Of a stretch of 47,989 nt of DNA, positions 9,268 through 18,076 are shown piece after piece; position 1 is the first letter of the stretch, and the number at the start of each line of letters is the position of its first letter. Both the position numbers and the translations under genes were made by a program. The stretch covers positions 1 to 47,989 of the forward strand of contig CALIRD010000114.1 of the NCBI GenBank assembly GCA_938042355.1, given 5' to 3'. The stretch comes from an uncultured Thiotrichales bacterium (GTDB taxonomy: Bacteria > Pseudomonadota > Gammaproteobacteria > CAZUMV01). The notes below the pieces were generated by a model. The model was not told the DNA's origin and searched no databases. It saw nothing but the letters and a program-made list of their open reading frames with translations.

Positions 9268-9714
9268 ATGAGTACTCCCCGCTTTCAACGTGGTAATTTT
9301 CTGGTCTCGGATCTGGATCGTGCCTTGTCTTTTTATTGTGACATATTGGGTTTTGAGCTGGCGTTTAGTAAAGATTCTGAACCCGACTCATACAGCTATG
9401 ATGTGTTTGAAATACCAACGGATAGAAAGTTACGCTTCGCCGTGCTAAACAGCCCAACCCAACCGAGGGTCATGGCGCTAACCGAGGTATCGGGAGAGCT
9501 GGATACTCCATCATTTCCACGACGCGGTGCTATCGTAGTGGAAATTCCTGAAATTGACGAGGTAGTAACAAAAAGTACTGCCGCAGGACTGAAAGTGTAT
9601 GAGGAAGACCACCTGATTACACAAGATGAACGCGAAGGACGCGAAGTTGGTATAGTCGATTATGATGGTAATCTGGTTGTTATCTATTACATCACCAGCC
9701 ACCCCGAAAAATAA
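9268..9714 (+). CDS. VOC family protein
   Basis: NFLVSDLDRALSFYCDILGF and DYDGNLVVI, the typical VOC pattern. Confidence 0.8.
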   Translation: MSTPRFQRGNFLVSDLDRALSFYCDILGFELAFSKDSEPDSYSYDVFEIPTDRKLRFAVLNSPTQPRVMALTEVSGELDTPSFPRRGAIVVEIPEIDEVVTKSTAAGLKVYEEDHLITQDEREGREVGIVDYDGNLVVIYYITSHPEK

Positions 9715-9729
9715 TAACTAGAGAATGTT

Positions 9730-11064
9730 ATGAACGAATCAAGCAACAGAGTCTATCCATCCACATCACGCGCCTGGGGCATGGTCATATTACTAACCAT
9801 CGCTTATGTTTTTTCTTTTGTGGATCGCTATGTACTGGGTTTATTAATAGAACCTATAAAAGGCGATCTCGGCTTAACCGATACTCAAATAGGTTTACTG
9901 ATGGGGCCGGCATTCGCCATATTTTATGCCACCATGGGATTGCCTCTGGGTTGGCTGGCAGACAAGAAACGGCGCACCTGGATTGTAGCGGCTGGTGTTG
10001 CACTCTGGTCTGCTGCTACTGTCGCTTCCGGTATGGCCAAAAACTTTGGCCATATGTTCCTTGCCAGAATGAGTATTGGTGTTGGCGAGGCAACACTCAG
10101 TCCGTGCACCATGTCCATGATTTCAGACAGTTTCCCGAAACACCGCCGAGCTAAACCAATTGCTTTTTATACCATGGCCTTGTCACTCGGGGCCGGGGTT
10201 GCAGGCCTGATATCTGCTGCTGTCTTGAAATGGGCAAAAACTGTGGATGAAATTGTACTGCCCGTGTTCGGTAGCGTAGCACCCTGGCAATTTACTTTTA
10301 TTATTGTAGGTTTACCAGGTCTGGTTCTCGCCGTATTCATATTCTTTATGAAAGAGCCGCCCAGACAGCCACTCGAGTCAGACCCCAATGCGCATGAAGG
10401 CGACAATCTGTTGAGTATGCTCAAGCATGTCTTTAAGGAGTGGAAACTGTTCTTTCCGTTTATTGCTATGTTCTGCTACATGACTATCGTCGCCTACAGT
10501 CAGGGCTGGGGTGCTTCCATGTTCAAACGAACGTGGGGATGGGAAGCTTACCAATACGCCACATGGAATGCTGTGGCGCTATTAATCATGGGCCCTCTAG
10601 CGGTCAATTTTGCAGGTTGGCTATCTGACAAGTGGACAGCATCCGGGATCAAGGATGCAACAGTACGCATCGCCCTGATCGGTATCGTCATCATTATTGT
10701 TACCGGGATAATATTTCCCTTGTTGCCGAGTCCCTGGATGGCAATTGTGGTCATCGGTTTTAATACCGCCGGTATTGCCATGGTCTCGGCTATTGGCGTC
10801 ACCGGTTTGTTAAACATATCGCCTGCCAGGATGCGTGCGCAAATTGTCGCTTTTTATTATATGTGTATCAGTATGGCTGGTCTGTTTCTGGGCCCTACTA
10901 CCATTGCCTTACTCAATGACAATGTCTTCGGCGAAGACGGTATTCGCTATTCAATGGCTTTACTGCCTGTTATCTACGGCATTCCAGTTTTACTCATGGC
11001 CGGCGTGATTCGTAAAAATTACATCAAGGCATATGAGTACTATGAGTCTATAGGGCAAGAATAA
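9730..11064 (+). CDS. MFS transporter, spinster-like
   Basis: FSFVDRYVL, LTDTQIGLL, GWLADKKRR (motif A), ARMSIGVGEATLSP; about 12 TM segments. Confidence 0.88.
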   Translation: MNESSNRVYPSTSRAWGMVILLTIAYVFSFVDRYVLGLLIEPIKGDLGLTDTQIGLLMGPAFAIFYATMGLPLGWLADKKRRTWIVAAGVALWSAATVASGMAKNFGHMFLARMSIGVGEATLSPCTMSMISDSFPKHRRAKPIAFYTMALSLGAGVAGLISAAVLKWAKTVDEIVLPVFGSVAPWQFTFIIVGLPGLVLAVFIFFMKEPPRQPLESDPNAHEGDNLLSMLKHVFKEWKLFFPFIAMFCYMTIVAYSQGWGASMFKRTWGWEAYQYATWNAVALLIMGPLAVNFAGWLSDKWTASGIKDATVRIALIGIVIIIVTGIIFPLLPSPWMAIVVIGFNTAGIAMVSAIGVTGLLNISPARMRAQIVAFYYMCISMAGLFLGPTTIALLNDNVFGEDGIRYSMALLPVIYGIPVLLMAGVIRKNYIKAYEYYESIGQE

Positions 11065-11070
11065 ACTGCC

Positions 11071-11853
11071 ATGAAAAAAACCTACGTTGAAACCGGTTTT
11101 GGACAAATCCATTGCCGAATTACTGCCGCAGAAAGTAACCAGAATAAAACTATTTTATTCTTACACCCCATGCCTTTCAGTGGGCTGTTTTATGACACAA
11201 CTACACCATACCTAAATAAAAACCATACTGTCATTAGCCCGGATTACCCGGGTTATGGTGGCTCTGATCGAATCGCGGATATATCTATCGAAAAGTGGGC
11301 AGACTGTATGGCGGAAACCCTCGAAGCTTTAAATATTGAGCATCCGGCAGAGATTATCGGCTTTCACACTGGGTGTCTGGTTGGCACAGAGCTCTCATTA
11401 CGCCATCCCAAGCTGGTGAACAAACTGTTACTCATAGACGCACCTTATTTTGATGCGACTGACAGAGCCGACATGTTGAAAAATAATTCTGCACCACCAG
11501 AATTCACAAAGGACGTGACTAGCTTGGCAGGAATCTGGAAAATGAATGTAGGTAGCAAACTGGGAAAAGTTACTGTGAATCGCGCTATGGAAAACCTGGC
11601 TGAACATTTACGTAATGGTGAAAACGCGAATCTGGGATTTGCCGCAGCCTTTCGTTACGACGCGGATAGGATGAAAAAAATCACTCATCCCACCCTGATA
11701 ATCGCCTCTAAAAGTAATATGTATGAAACCAGTCTTGCTGCAGCCGAATTGATTTCAGACTCTACTCTAATAGAACGCAAAGATATAGAACCACCCGTGT
11801 TCGAAGTTTATGCACAACAAATTGCAGATGAAATTCTGCAGTATCTCAGCTAA
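11071..11853 (+). CDS. Alpha/beta hydrolase fold protein with non-canonical active site
   Basis: LFLHPMP, PDYPGYGGS, LRHPKLVNKLLLID. The elbow reads GFHTG instead of GxSxG. Confidence 0.75.
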   Translation: MKKTYVETGFGQIHCRITAAESNQNKTILFLHPMPFSGLFYDTTTPYLNKNHTVISPDYPGYGGSDRIADISIEKWADCMAETLEALNIEHPAEIIGFHTGCLVGTELSLRHPKLVNKLLLIDAPYFDATDRADMLKNNSAPPEFTKDVTSLAGIWKMNVGSKLGKVTVNRAMENLAEHLRNGENANLGFAAAFRYDADRMKKITHPTLIIASKSNMYETSLAAAELISDSTLIERKDIEPPVFEVYAQQIADEILQYLS

Positions 11854-12476
11854 AGCTTACGTATATATTCTGCGGCTTCCTGCTCGCTCACAACGTCAGC
11901 ATATTTCGCATTCATATCAAACAGATTTGCCTGATGAGGATCATCATGGCGGTCACCACAAGCCTCTTCAACAATGATAGTTCTGAAACCATAAGAACAG
12001 GAATCAATACAACTCGCACGAATACAACCACTGGTGGTAACACCAGTAATAAGCAAGGTGTCAACACCAGCTGCTGTTAGTGTTGATGATAATGAAGTCC
12101 CAAAAAAGGCACTGGGATACTGCTTGCTGATGACCAACTCATTATCGGCAGGCTGCAGACCCTCAGGCCACTCCCCCATAGGATTACCTGCCAGCATGTT
12201 ATGTAATGGCTTGGCTTTTTTGAAAAATACACCTCCATCCAGACCTTGGGCCTGATAGACCACGTTGGTGTAGATCACCGGAATTTTGGCGGCACGCGCA
12301 ACTTCAACCAGACGCAACGCCGACGCGAGATTATCTTCAACCTCGGAATACAACTCACAATCCGGATCAAAGTAAGCCTGTACAAAATCAACCAGCAATA
12401 AGGCTGGAGATTTTCCGAAACCAATTTTATTACCGTAAGCCTTTTTATAATTAGCGACCAGATCGTCAGTCATCAT
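11850..12476 (-). CDS. Isochorismatase-family cysteine hydrolase (maleamate amidohydrolase/N-carbamoylsarcosine amidase-like)
   Basis: Asp-Lys-Cys triad: LVDFVQAY, ISKQYPSAFFGT, GVTTSGCIRAS. Confidence 0.87.
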   Translation of the reverse strand: MMTDDLVANYKKAYGNKIGFGKSPALLLVDFVQAYFDPDCELYSEVEDNLASALRLVEVARAAKIPVIYTNVVYQAQGLDGGVFFKKAKPLHNMLAGNPMGEWPEGLQPADNELVISKQYPSAFFGTSLSSTLTAAGVDTLLITGVTTSGCIRASCIDSCSYGFRTIIVEEACGDRHDDPHQANLFDMNAKYADVVSEQEAAEYIRKL

Positions 12477-12554
12477 TAATACTCAATTATTCAATTTCGA
12501 TATCATAACATTAGACACAACAGAGTCTTTTCTCAGGGTGAGAAGCACGCCGTG

Positions 12555-13115
12555 TCATTTGACGTAAGGCATAACGCTATTGGCTATACCGGGCTTGTTC
12601 GCTTCAATTTCTGATTTGCTCAAACCTCTAAGCTCATGTGGAAAAACCAGCCACTTATCCGTCTCATGCAAATAAAAATCCGGTGTAATCTCCGTAATAT
12701 TTTTTGTTGGTTTATACCACGGCATGGCGACTTTTATTTCTGTCGGCATGTTACGTCTGGTTTTCAATTGTAATCGTTCGAAAATTGCTCGAATGCTTCT
12801 TCCCGAATCAAACACATCATCTACCAATAATACCTTGTCATCTGCATTGATATTACTGACGATATAACTCAAGCCGTGTACTTTGACTGTCTTGTCTTGC
12901 TGATCTATACCGGTATAAGACGAGGTTCGAATCGATATATGGTCGGTACTGACACCAACGTAGTCCAGATACTCTTGTATAGCGATACCGACCGGCGCTC
13001 CTCCGCGCCAGACACCGATAATGAAGTCAGGTTGGAAGCCACTCAGGTATATTTTTTCAGCCAGATTAAATGAATCGTTGAGTAACTCTTCTGCTGTGAT
13101 GTAGTGCTTATCCAT
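12555..13115 (-). CDS. Type I phosphoribosyltransferase (purine salvage, Gpt/Hpt-like)
   Basis: IIGVWRGG, PRPP-binding VLLVDDVFDSGRS, WLVFPHE. Confidence 0.85.
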   Translation of the reverse strand: MDKHYITAEELLNDSFNLAEKIYLSGFQPDFIIGVWRGGAPVGIAIQEYLDYVGVSTDHISIRTSSYTGIDQQDKTVKVHGLSYIVSNINADDKVLLVDDVFDSGRSIRAIFERLQLKTRRNMPTEIKVAMPWYKPTKNITEITPDFYLHETDKWLVFPHELRGLSKSEIEANKPGIANSVMPYVK

Positions 13116-15124
13116 TAAAAGTCTGTTCTCATAATGTCGCTATTAGCATTCTTCTGATTCGTTTTCACCAAACGGGAATTTTTAATACTGTAGTAATGCG
13201 CGCCTTCCAATACACCCGGCATCTGCGTGAGTCCGTCTGACGCTTGCCACTGTAATAAGTTGCCACGCGTATTAGCATCGAGACAATAAATTTTATCGCC
13301 ATCCAGTAGCACAGTTAATTGATATCTGATCAGCGGACGAGTACATTCCAAACCATTGCTTTTACCGAGCAGCTCACCGGACTCGAGAACCACATTCAGC
13401 TCCTGATCCAGATAAGCTGTATGCGAGCCGTCAGACGTGATAAATGCATAATCAGAATCGAGTTGCTTTAGGTTGGCTCCAGTCATATCGGATTGATATA
13501 TATTCCAGCGTCCATCTTGATGCAAACTGTACGAGAATCGACCAATAGCTGACCACAATACTGCATGGGCCTGTTCTTGCATTTTAATCGTATTGACGAT
13601 GGTTTTTCTTTCCACATCGAAGATGATCACACCGCTGTTGGTATTCGCCAGAATGTATTGATCATCATACGACCACTCCAGACTATAAAAGGTACGACCG
13701 GTATCATCTGGCTCGATGCTGATTAATTCGTCGGAGTCGACGCCTTTGATCCAGACCTTGCTATAGCCCGAGCGCTTAGAAATGAAGGCTAATCGTTGAC
13801 CATCTCTTGAGAGGCTGGGTAAATAATCCATCACCGCAGAGTTAAATGAGCCGGTTGTCCCGCCGTCAATAACGATATCCAGATTATTCAGATAAGAACT
13901 AAACAAATAATCTTTCTGGTTATTAATACGTTTCGGAAGGGTAATGCGCCTGCTGTCTGATACCAGCACTGTAGACTTTCCGGTCAGCCAGTTAGTTTCT
14001 ATTAATTCATATGAAGGATGCTTACCCTGATGCACGACAGTATCTTTTTCATGCCCCCATATCGCTGAACTCACGCGGTAATCAAAGTCGTATAGCTTTT
14101 CAAATGAATTAGCCGCTGCATCAAGCACAAACAAACTGCTGTCTCCCGGTGACGCTTCAACCAGTAACAGAATGCGTCCGCTATCCGGATCCACATCCAG
14201 ATAGTGCGCACCTAAAGAGCTTGGCAGTGGCTGCGACAAACGCCATTTATTTTGTTGCTCAATGTCCAGCGCAAAAATTTCATAGGGCTGATATAGGCCC
14301 TGTCGCTCAACAAAATACAATATCTGGTCATCCGGGCTAAAAGCGAAAGTGGCGTATGAATCAGCGACACAAGTTTGCAACACCTCAGGTGGCTGAGGCT
14401 GACCTTCAAGCATCGTGACCTGATGAAACTCACAGAGATCATCCTTGATAAACTGATATACCAGCTTGTCTCCAGCGTGACTCCAGTGACCGGCATAGGC
14501 ATAACCGGAAGTATCACTCACGGTTCTTGCTGACTGTGATTGTAGATCAGTAAGGTGCAGCACGACGCCATCATCTACACTCATAGAGTAAACCAGTAGC
14601 TGCTGGTCATCTGACAGATCTGCTTCAAATTGCCAATTGGATAATCTGGATAAGGGCGCCAGCTTTTGATTACTACTGTCACCGGAGTCCGGTGTGTTAC
14701 CGCGTATGATGAAAAACAACACCAGCAAACCAAGTACGCCAAATAATAACAATAACCAGTAACGTTGCCGATTATTCGAACCAGCACTCCTTACAGCATC
14801 TGGCTTTTCCTCTTCCAGCCTGGTTACATCGGCAATAAAACGGTAACCCAGCTTAGGTACTGTGGCGATAAATTTTCTTGGTGTTTGCTCATCGCCCAAA
14901 GCTTTTCGTAGCTGAACAATCACACGGTTGATCGCATTATCACTGACGACCTGTCCCCGCCACACATCTTGCATGAGCTGATCACGACTCAAGTCCTCAT
15001 GAGGGTGGTCGCATAAATAGTTCAGCAAAGCATTTGCTTTAGGCTCTAGTACAACCTCGGCTGTCGCTGAGGTAAGCGTGCCCTGTTCCTGATGGTAAAT
15101 AATGTCTGCTATTTGCAAACGCAT
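13115..15124 (-). CDS. CadC/ToxR-like membrane-anchored regulator with periplasmic TolB-like beta-propeller
   Basis: N-terminal winged helix (LEPKANALL, SRDQLMQDVW, IVQLRKALGD, IATVPKLGYRF), one TM helix (WLLLLFGVLGLLVLFFII), repeated WS/FSPD PD40-like motifs (PSLSRDGQRLAFISKRSG). Confidence 0.85.
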   Translation of the reverse strand: MRLQIADIIYHQEQGTLTSATAEVVLEPKANALLNYLCDHPHEDLSRDQLMQDVWRGQVVSDNAINRVIVQLRKALGDEQTPRKFIATVPKLGYRFIADVTRLEEEKPDAVRSAGSNNRQRYWLLLLFGVLGLLVLFFIIRGNTPDSGDSSNQKLAPLSRLSNWQFEADLSDDQQLLVYSMSVDDGVVLHLTDLQSQSARTVSDTSGYAYAGHWSHAGDKLVYQFIKDDLCEFHQVTMLEGQPQPPEVLQTCVADSYATFAFSPDDQILYFVERQGLYQPYEIFALDIEQQNKWRLSQPLPSSLGAHYLDVDPDSGRILLLVEASPGDSSLFVLDAAANSFEKLYDFDYRVSSAIWGHEKDTVVHQGKHPSYELIETNWLTGKSTVLVSDSRRITLPKRINNQKDYLFSSYLNNLDIVIDGGTTGSFNSAVMDYLPSLSRDGQRLAFISKRSGYSKVWIKGVDSDELISIEPDDTGRTFYSLEWSYDDQYILANTNSGVIIFDVERKTIVNTIKMQEQAHAVLWSAIGRFSYSLHQDGRWNIYQSDMTGANLKQLDSDYAFITSDGSHTAYLDQELNVVLESGELLGKSNGLECTRPLIRYQLTVLLDGDKIYCLDANTRGNLLQWQASDGLTQMPGVLEGAHYYSIKNSRLVKTNQKNANSDIMRTDF

Positions 15125-15185
15125 AGTACAAAACCCGCCCCCTGACGCGGAATCTACCCACTGTAAGTCTATGGTTTAAAAGGAC

Positions 15186-15220
15186 AATCATAAAATATCA
15201 TCCTAAATCACCAGTCTTCA
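15186..15220. promoter_or_regulatory. Four WTCA direct repeats at exact 10-bp phasing (putative winged-helix binding site)
   Basis: ATCA at 15187, 15197 and 15207 and TTCA at 15217, between the divergent CadC-like and NTF2-like genes. Confidence 0.55.
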
Positions 15221-15305
15221 ACGACTTGAATACAGCGTAGCAGCATGATTTCAGACTCAAGTTTAACTGTTAATGGCATCAAGCCAAACTTTAAAAGGAA
15301 ATATC

Positions 15306-15722
15306 ATGAAAAAGTTAGTAGCAATAGCCTTACTCTTACTCCTGAGCATAAGTGCCGCTCAGGCCAGTGATCGCAGCGAGATAGCAGCTGCCATCGATTG
15401 CTTTATCAGCTGGGACCGGGAAGGTGGTACACCGGAAAGCGTACAACCCTGCGTCTCCGACAAAGTTCAGTACCAACGTGTTAACGACCAGGGTGAGTTA
15501 ATCGTATATACGCCGGATTTCAACTTTGACGGTAAAGGTCTCGATGACTACGTACCCTACGTCACCGCCCTGGAAATCTTTGGCAATATGGCAATGGTTA
15601 AAACGCACAAGCATCGAGCCTCACCAAAGACAGCTTATATGAAAGCTTTCATTCTTTATAAGCTCAAAGACGGCTGGCGAATCACCAATGTCATCTGGGG
15701 TGGCATTACCCCGGAAATGTAA
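15306..15722 (+). CDS. Secreted NTF2-like (putative lumazine-binding-like) protein
   Basis: Start reassigned to ATG 15306 (AAGGAA SD). Signal peptide MKKLVAIALLLLLSISAAQA; C-terminal LEIFGNMAMVK...LYKLKDGWRITNVIW. Confidence 0.7.
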   Translation: MKKLVAIALLLLLSISAAQASDRSEIAAAIDCFISWDREGGTPESVQPCVSDKVQYQRVNDQGELIVYTPDFNFDGKGLDDYVPYVTALEIFGNMAMVKTHKHRASPKTAYMKAFILYKLKDGWRITNVIWGGITPEM

Positions 15723-15736
15723 AAACAGAAGATTAC

Positions 15737-15788
15737 TACGACAATTGTCGCATTATATATTTACAATACGACAGTTGTCGTGTAACTT
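15737..15788 (+). promoter_or_regulatory. Two BlaI-type operator palindromes and overlapping sigma70 promoter
   Basis: TACGACAATTGTCGCA (15737-15752) and TACGACAGTTGTCGTG (15767-15782), 30 bp apart. TTTACA (15760-15765)-N17-TAACTT (15783-15788), with the second box in the spacer. Confidence 0.75.
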
Positions 15789-15794
15789 CACCGC

Positions 15795-16178
15795 ATGACT
15801 AAATTAATCAAACCATCAGACGCAGAAACGACCATTCTAAATACTCTCTGGGAGCTACAGCCCTGCAGTGTAAAAGTAATACATGAATCACTGAGTAAGG
15901 CTCGTAACGTTGGTTATACCACTACCCTCAAGCAAGTGCAGCGCATGGAGGAAAAGGGTCTGGTGGTGCGGGAGCCAGGTAAAGGAAAATCCTTTAACTA
16001 CCGCGCTAACGTTAGCGAAGCGGACACCAAGTCACATCTGCTGGACAGTTTCGTTGCAACCACGTTTGGTGATTCGGTATCCGAGTTGGTTATGCACGCA
16101 CTGGGTAATAGTGAAACCAGTGAAGACGAAATAAAGAAAATTAAACAGTTCATTAAAGAACTTGAGAGCAATGGATAA
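15795..16178 (+). CDS. BlaI/MecI/CopY family transcriptional repressor
   Basis: PSDAETTILNTLW, VGYTTTLKQVQRMEEKGLV, TFGDSVSELVMHAL. Confidence 0.9.
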   Translation: MTKLIKPSDAETTILNTLWELQPCSVKVIHESLSKARNVGYTTTLKQVQRMEEKGLVVREPGKGKSFNYRANVSEADTKSHLLDSFVATTFGDSVSELVMHALGNSETSEDEIKKIKQFIKELESNG

Positions 16179-16191
16179 AGTGGAGAATACT

Positions 16192-18030
16192 ATGATCAAC
16201 CTGACTCAGATTTTACCAGCGCACTTTCTGGACAGCCTTGGCTGGGCGATCGTACACAGCGTTTGGCAGGGAATTATCGCCTTGTCGCTGGTGCTGATTT
16301 ATAAAACGGTTGCCGCCAATAAGTCTCCAGCCTCTCATTATATTGTGCAAATGCTCTGCCTTGGTCTCTGCTTAATCAGCTTTTTCATCACATTTGCTAT
16401 TTATTACACTTTGCCCGGCACGAGCATTCCTTCCATCCTGGCAAGTGATAATGGGCAGCTGCTGTCTTTAGCCAATGCCGGCCAGACACTACAAGTATTG
16501 ACCATGAACGAAAACCAATTCAGCACAAATCTAAACAGCTTAACTCCCCTAGTTGGCATTTTGTGGTGTATTGGTTTTCTGTTCATGGCCACCCGCTATT
16601 TTGGCGCATTTTTATTAACCCAGCAGTTAAAAGAAAAAGGGACTACACCTGTTTCCGGCTTTTGGATGGATCGATTTCTTGCGCTGGCACAAAACTCAGG
16701 TGTGACGACTACAGTCCGATTATTGATTTCAAAGCATGTTGATGGGCCATTGACTATCGGATTTTTCAAACCTGTCGTGTTGGTTCCTGCAAGTTTTCTT
16801 AGCTCGTTGCCACAGGATCAAATAGAGGCAATCCTGCTACATGAACTCGCACATATCAGACGCTTTGACTATCTGCTTAATTTGATTCAGGTTTGCATCA
16901 AGACGGTGCTGTTCTATCATCCTGCCATCCACATAATCTGTCGCCATATTGATGAAAACCGAGAACAAGCCTGTGATGATGTGGCAGTTTCACAAACACA
17001 TAACCCCCATCCACTCGTGCTCGGTCTGGCGAGCTTACGCTTGCAAGAACACAATGAAATGGCAATGGCTGCCAATGACCAGGAAACACCATTACTATTC
17101 AGATTGAAACGCCTGGTCGGGCCGATTGAAAAACAAAAACGCCCGGAACAGATCGTTTTTTCAGTGATTACCGCCACCCTCATCGCTTCACTGGTGATCG
17201 GCTCTTCATCAATTGCTGCATCAATGCAAACGAACGACGCCGCCAAAGAAGATCGCCATTCATCAGCTCATAATGAAGACTATCACTTTGAAACCCTCAG
17301 AATTGACAACCGTGGCTTTACTATCAAGAAAGTCGCTGATGGTAGCCGCTGGGTGCTGGTAGATAATGGTTGGTACGATATTGATAAAACCCCGAATATT
17401 ATCAACCAGATATCTTCGCTACCCACACCTCCCCAACCGCCCAGCCCTGGCTGGTGCGAGTCTTGCGAACTGGCAGGCGAGCATACCTATATTGATATGA
17501 AAGACTTTCAAGCCAAAATGGAACAGTATCAAATCAATATGGAGTATTACGCGGCAGATATGGCACGTTATGCGGCAGAAGTTGCTAATAAAAAACCACG
17601 TCTTGAAGAAATTCAACGTTGGGAACGTAACTATAATGAAGATCTTGAGAACACGATAAATAACAAGATTAATCGCAATCTGAACAAAAAATCCAAGGCG
17701 TATAAAAATCGCGACCCCAAAACCAATATTGATTACATCACTTATCATGTAGAAACTGATACTAAAAGCACCTATCAAATTGAAACTGAATTAAAGAATG
17801 AAATTGTAGAAATGATGCTTACTGATGGTGTTATCTCATGGTCAGATAATATGACAGTGCTCTCTAATCTGGATGATGAAATTACTATCAATGGAAACTC
17901 TGTTCCAAAAAATCTATGTGGTAAATATGACAAAGTTCTGGATGACTTGGAAATCCGTGGCGAATTAATTTTACAAATACCCAGCCAACGTGAAGCGTTC
18001 AAAACAATCAAAAACGCTTTCGATACTTAA
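16192..18030 (+). CDS. M56 family (BlaR1/MecR1-like) membrane metallopeptidase with non-PBP C-terminal domain (alternative start ATG 16171)
   Basis: LGWAIVHSVWQG, GPLTIGFFKPVVLVP, HELAH (HExxH), REQACDD, LLFRLKRL; GGAG SD before 16192. Confidence 0.88.
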   Translation: MINLTQILPAHFLDSLGWAIVHSVWQGIIALSLVLIYKTVAANKSPASHYIVQMLCLGLCLISFFITFAIYYTLPGTSIPSILASDNGQLLSLANAGQTLQVLTMNENQFSTNLNSLTPLVGILWCIGFLFMATRYFGAFLLTQQLKEKGTTPVSGFWMDRFLALAQNSGVTTTVRLLISKHVDGPLTIGFFKPVVLVPASFLSSLPQDQIEAILLHELAHIRRFDYLLNLIQVCIKTVLFYHPAIHIICRHIDENREQACDDVAVSQTHNPHPLVLGLASLRLQEHNEMAMAANDQETPLLFRLKRLVGPIEKQKRPEQIVFSVITATLIASLVIGSSSIAASMQTNDAAKEDRHSSAHNEDYHFETLRIDNRGFTIKKVADGSRWVLVDNGWYDIDKTPNIINQISSLPTPPQPPSPGWCESCELAGEHTYIDMKDFQAKMEQYQINMEYYAADMARYAAEVANKKPRLEEIQRWERNYNEDLENTINNKINRNLNKKSKAYKNRDPKTNIDYITYHVETDTKSTYQIETELKNEIVEMMLTDGVISWSDNMTVLSNLDDEITINGNSVPKNLCGKYDKVLDDLEIRGELILQIPSQREAFKTIKNAFDT

Positions 18031-18076
18031 CTTAATCTATTACTTATTTACGCATTAAAACAACAACGGAAAATAA

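Noticed and set aside
12530-12544. TTCTCA-GGG-TGAGAA hairpin as a terminator, or as a repeat family with the 28596 hairpin
   Set aside because: Short stem, no U-tract in the transcribed direction, and opposite arm order in the two copies; probably coincidental.
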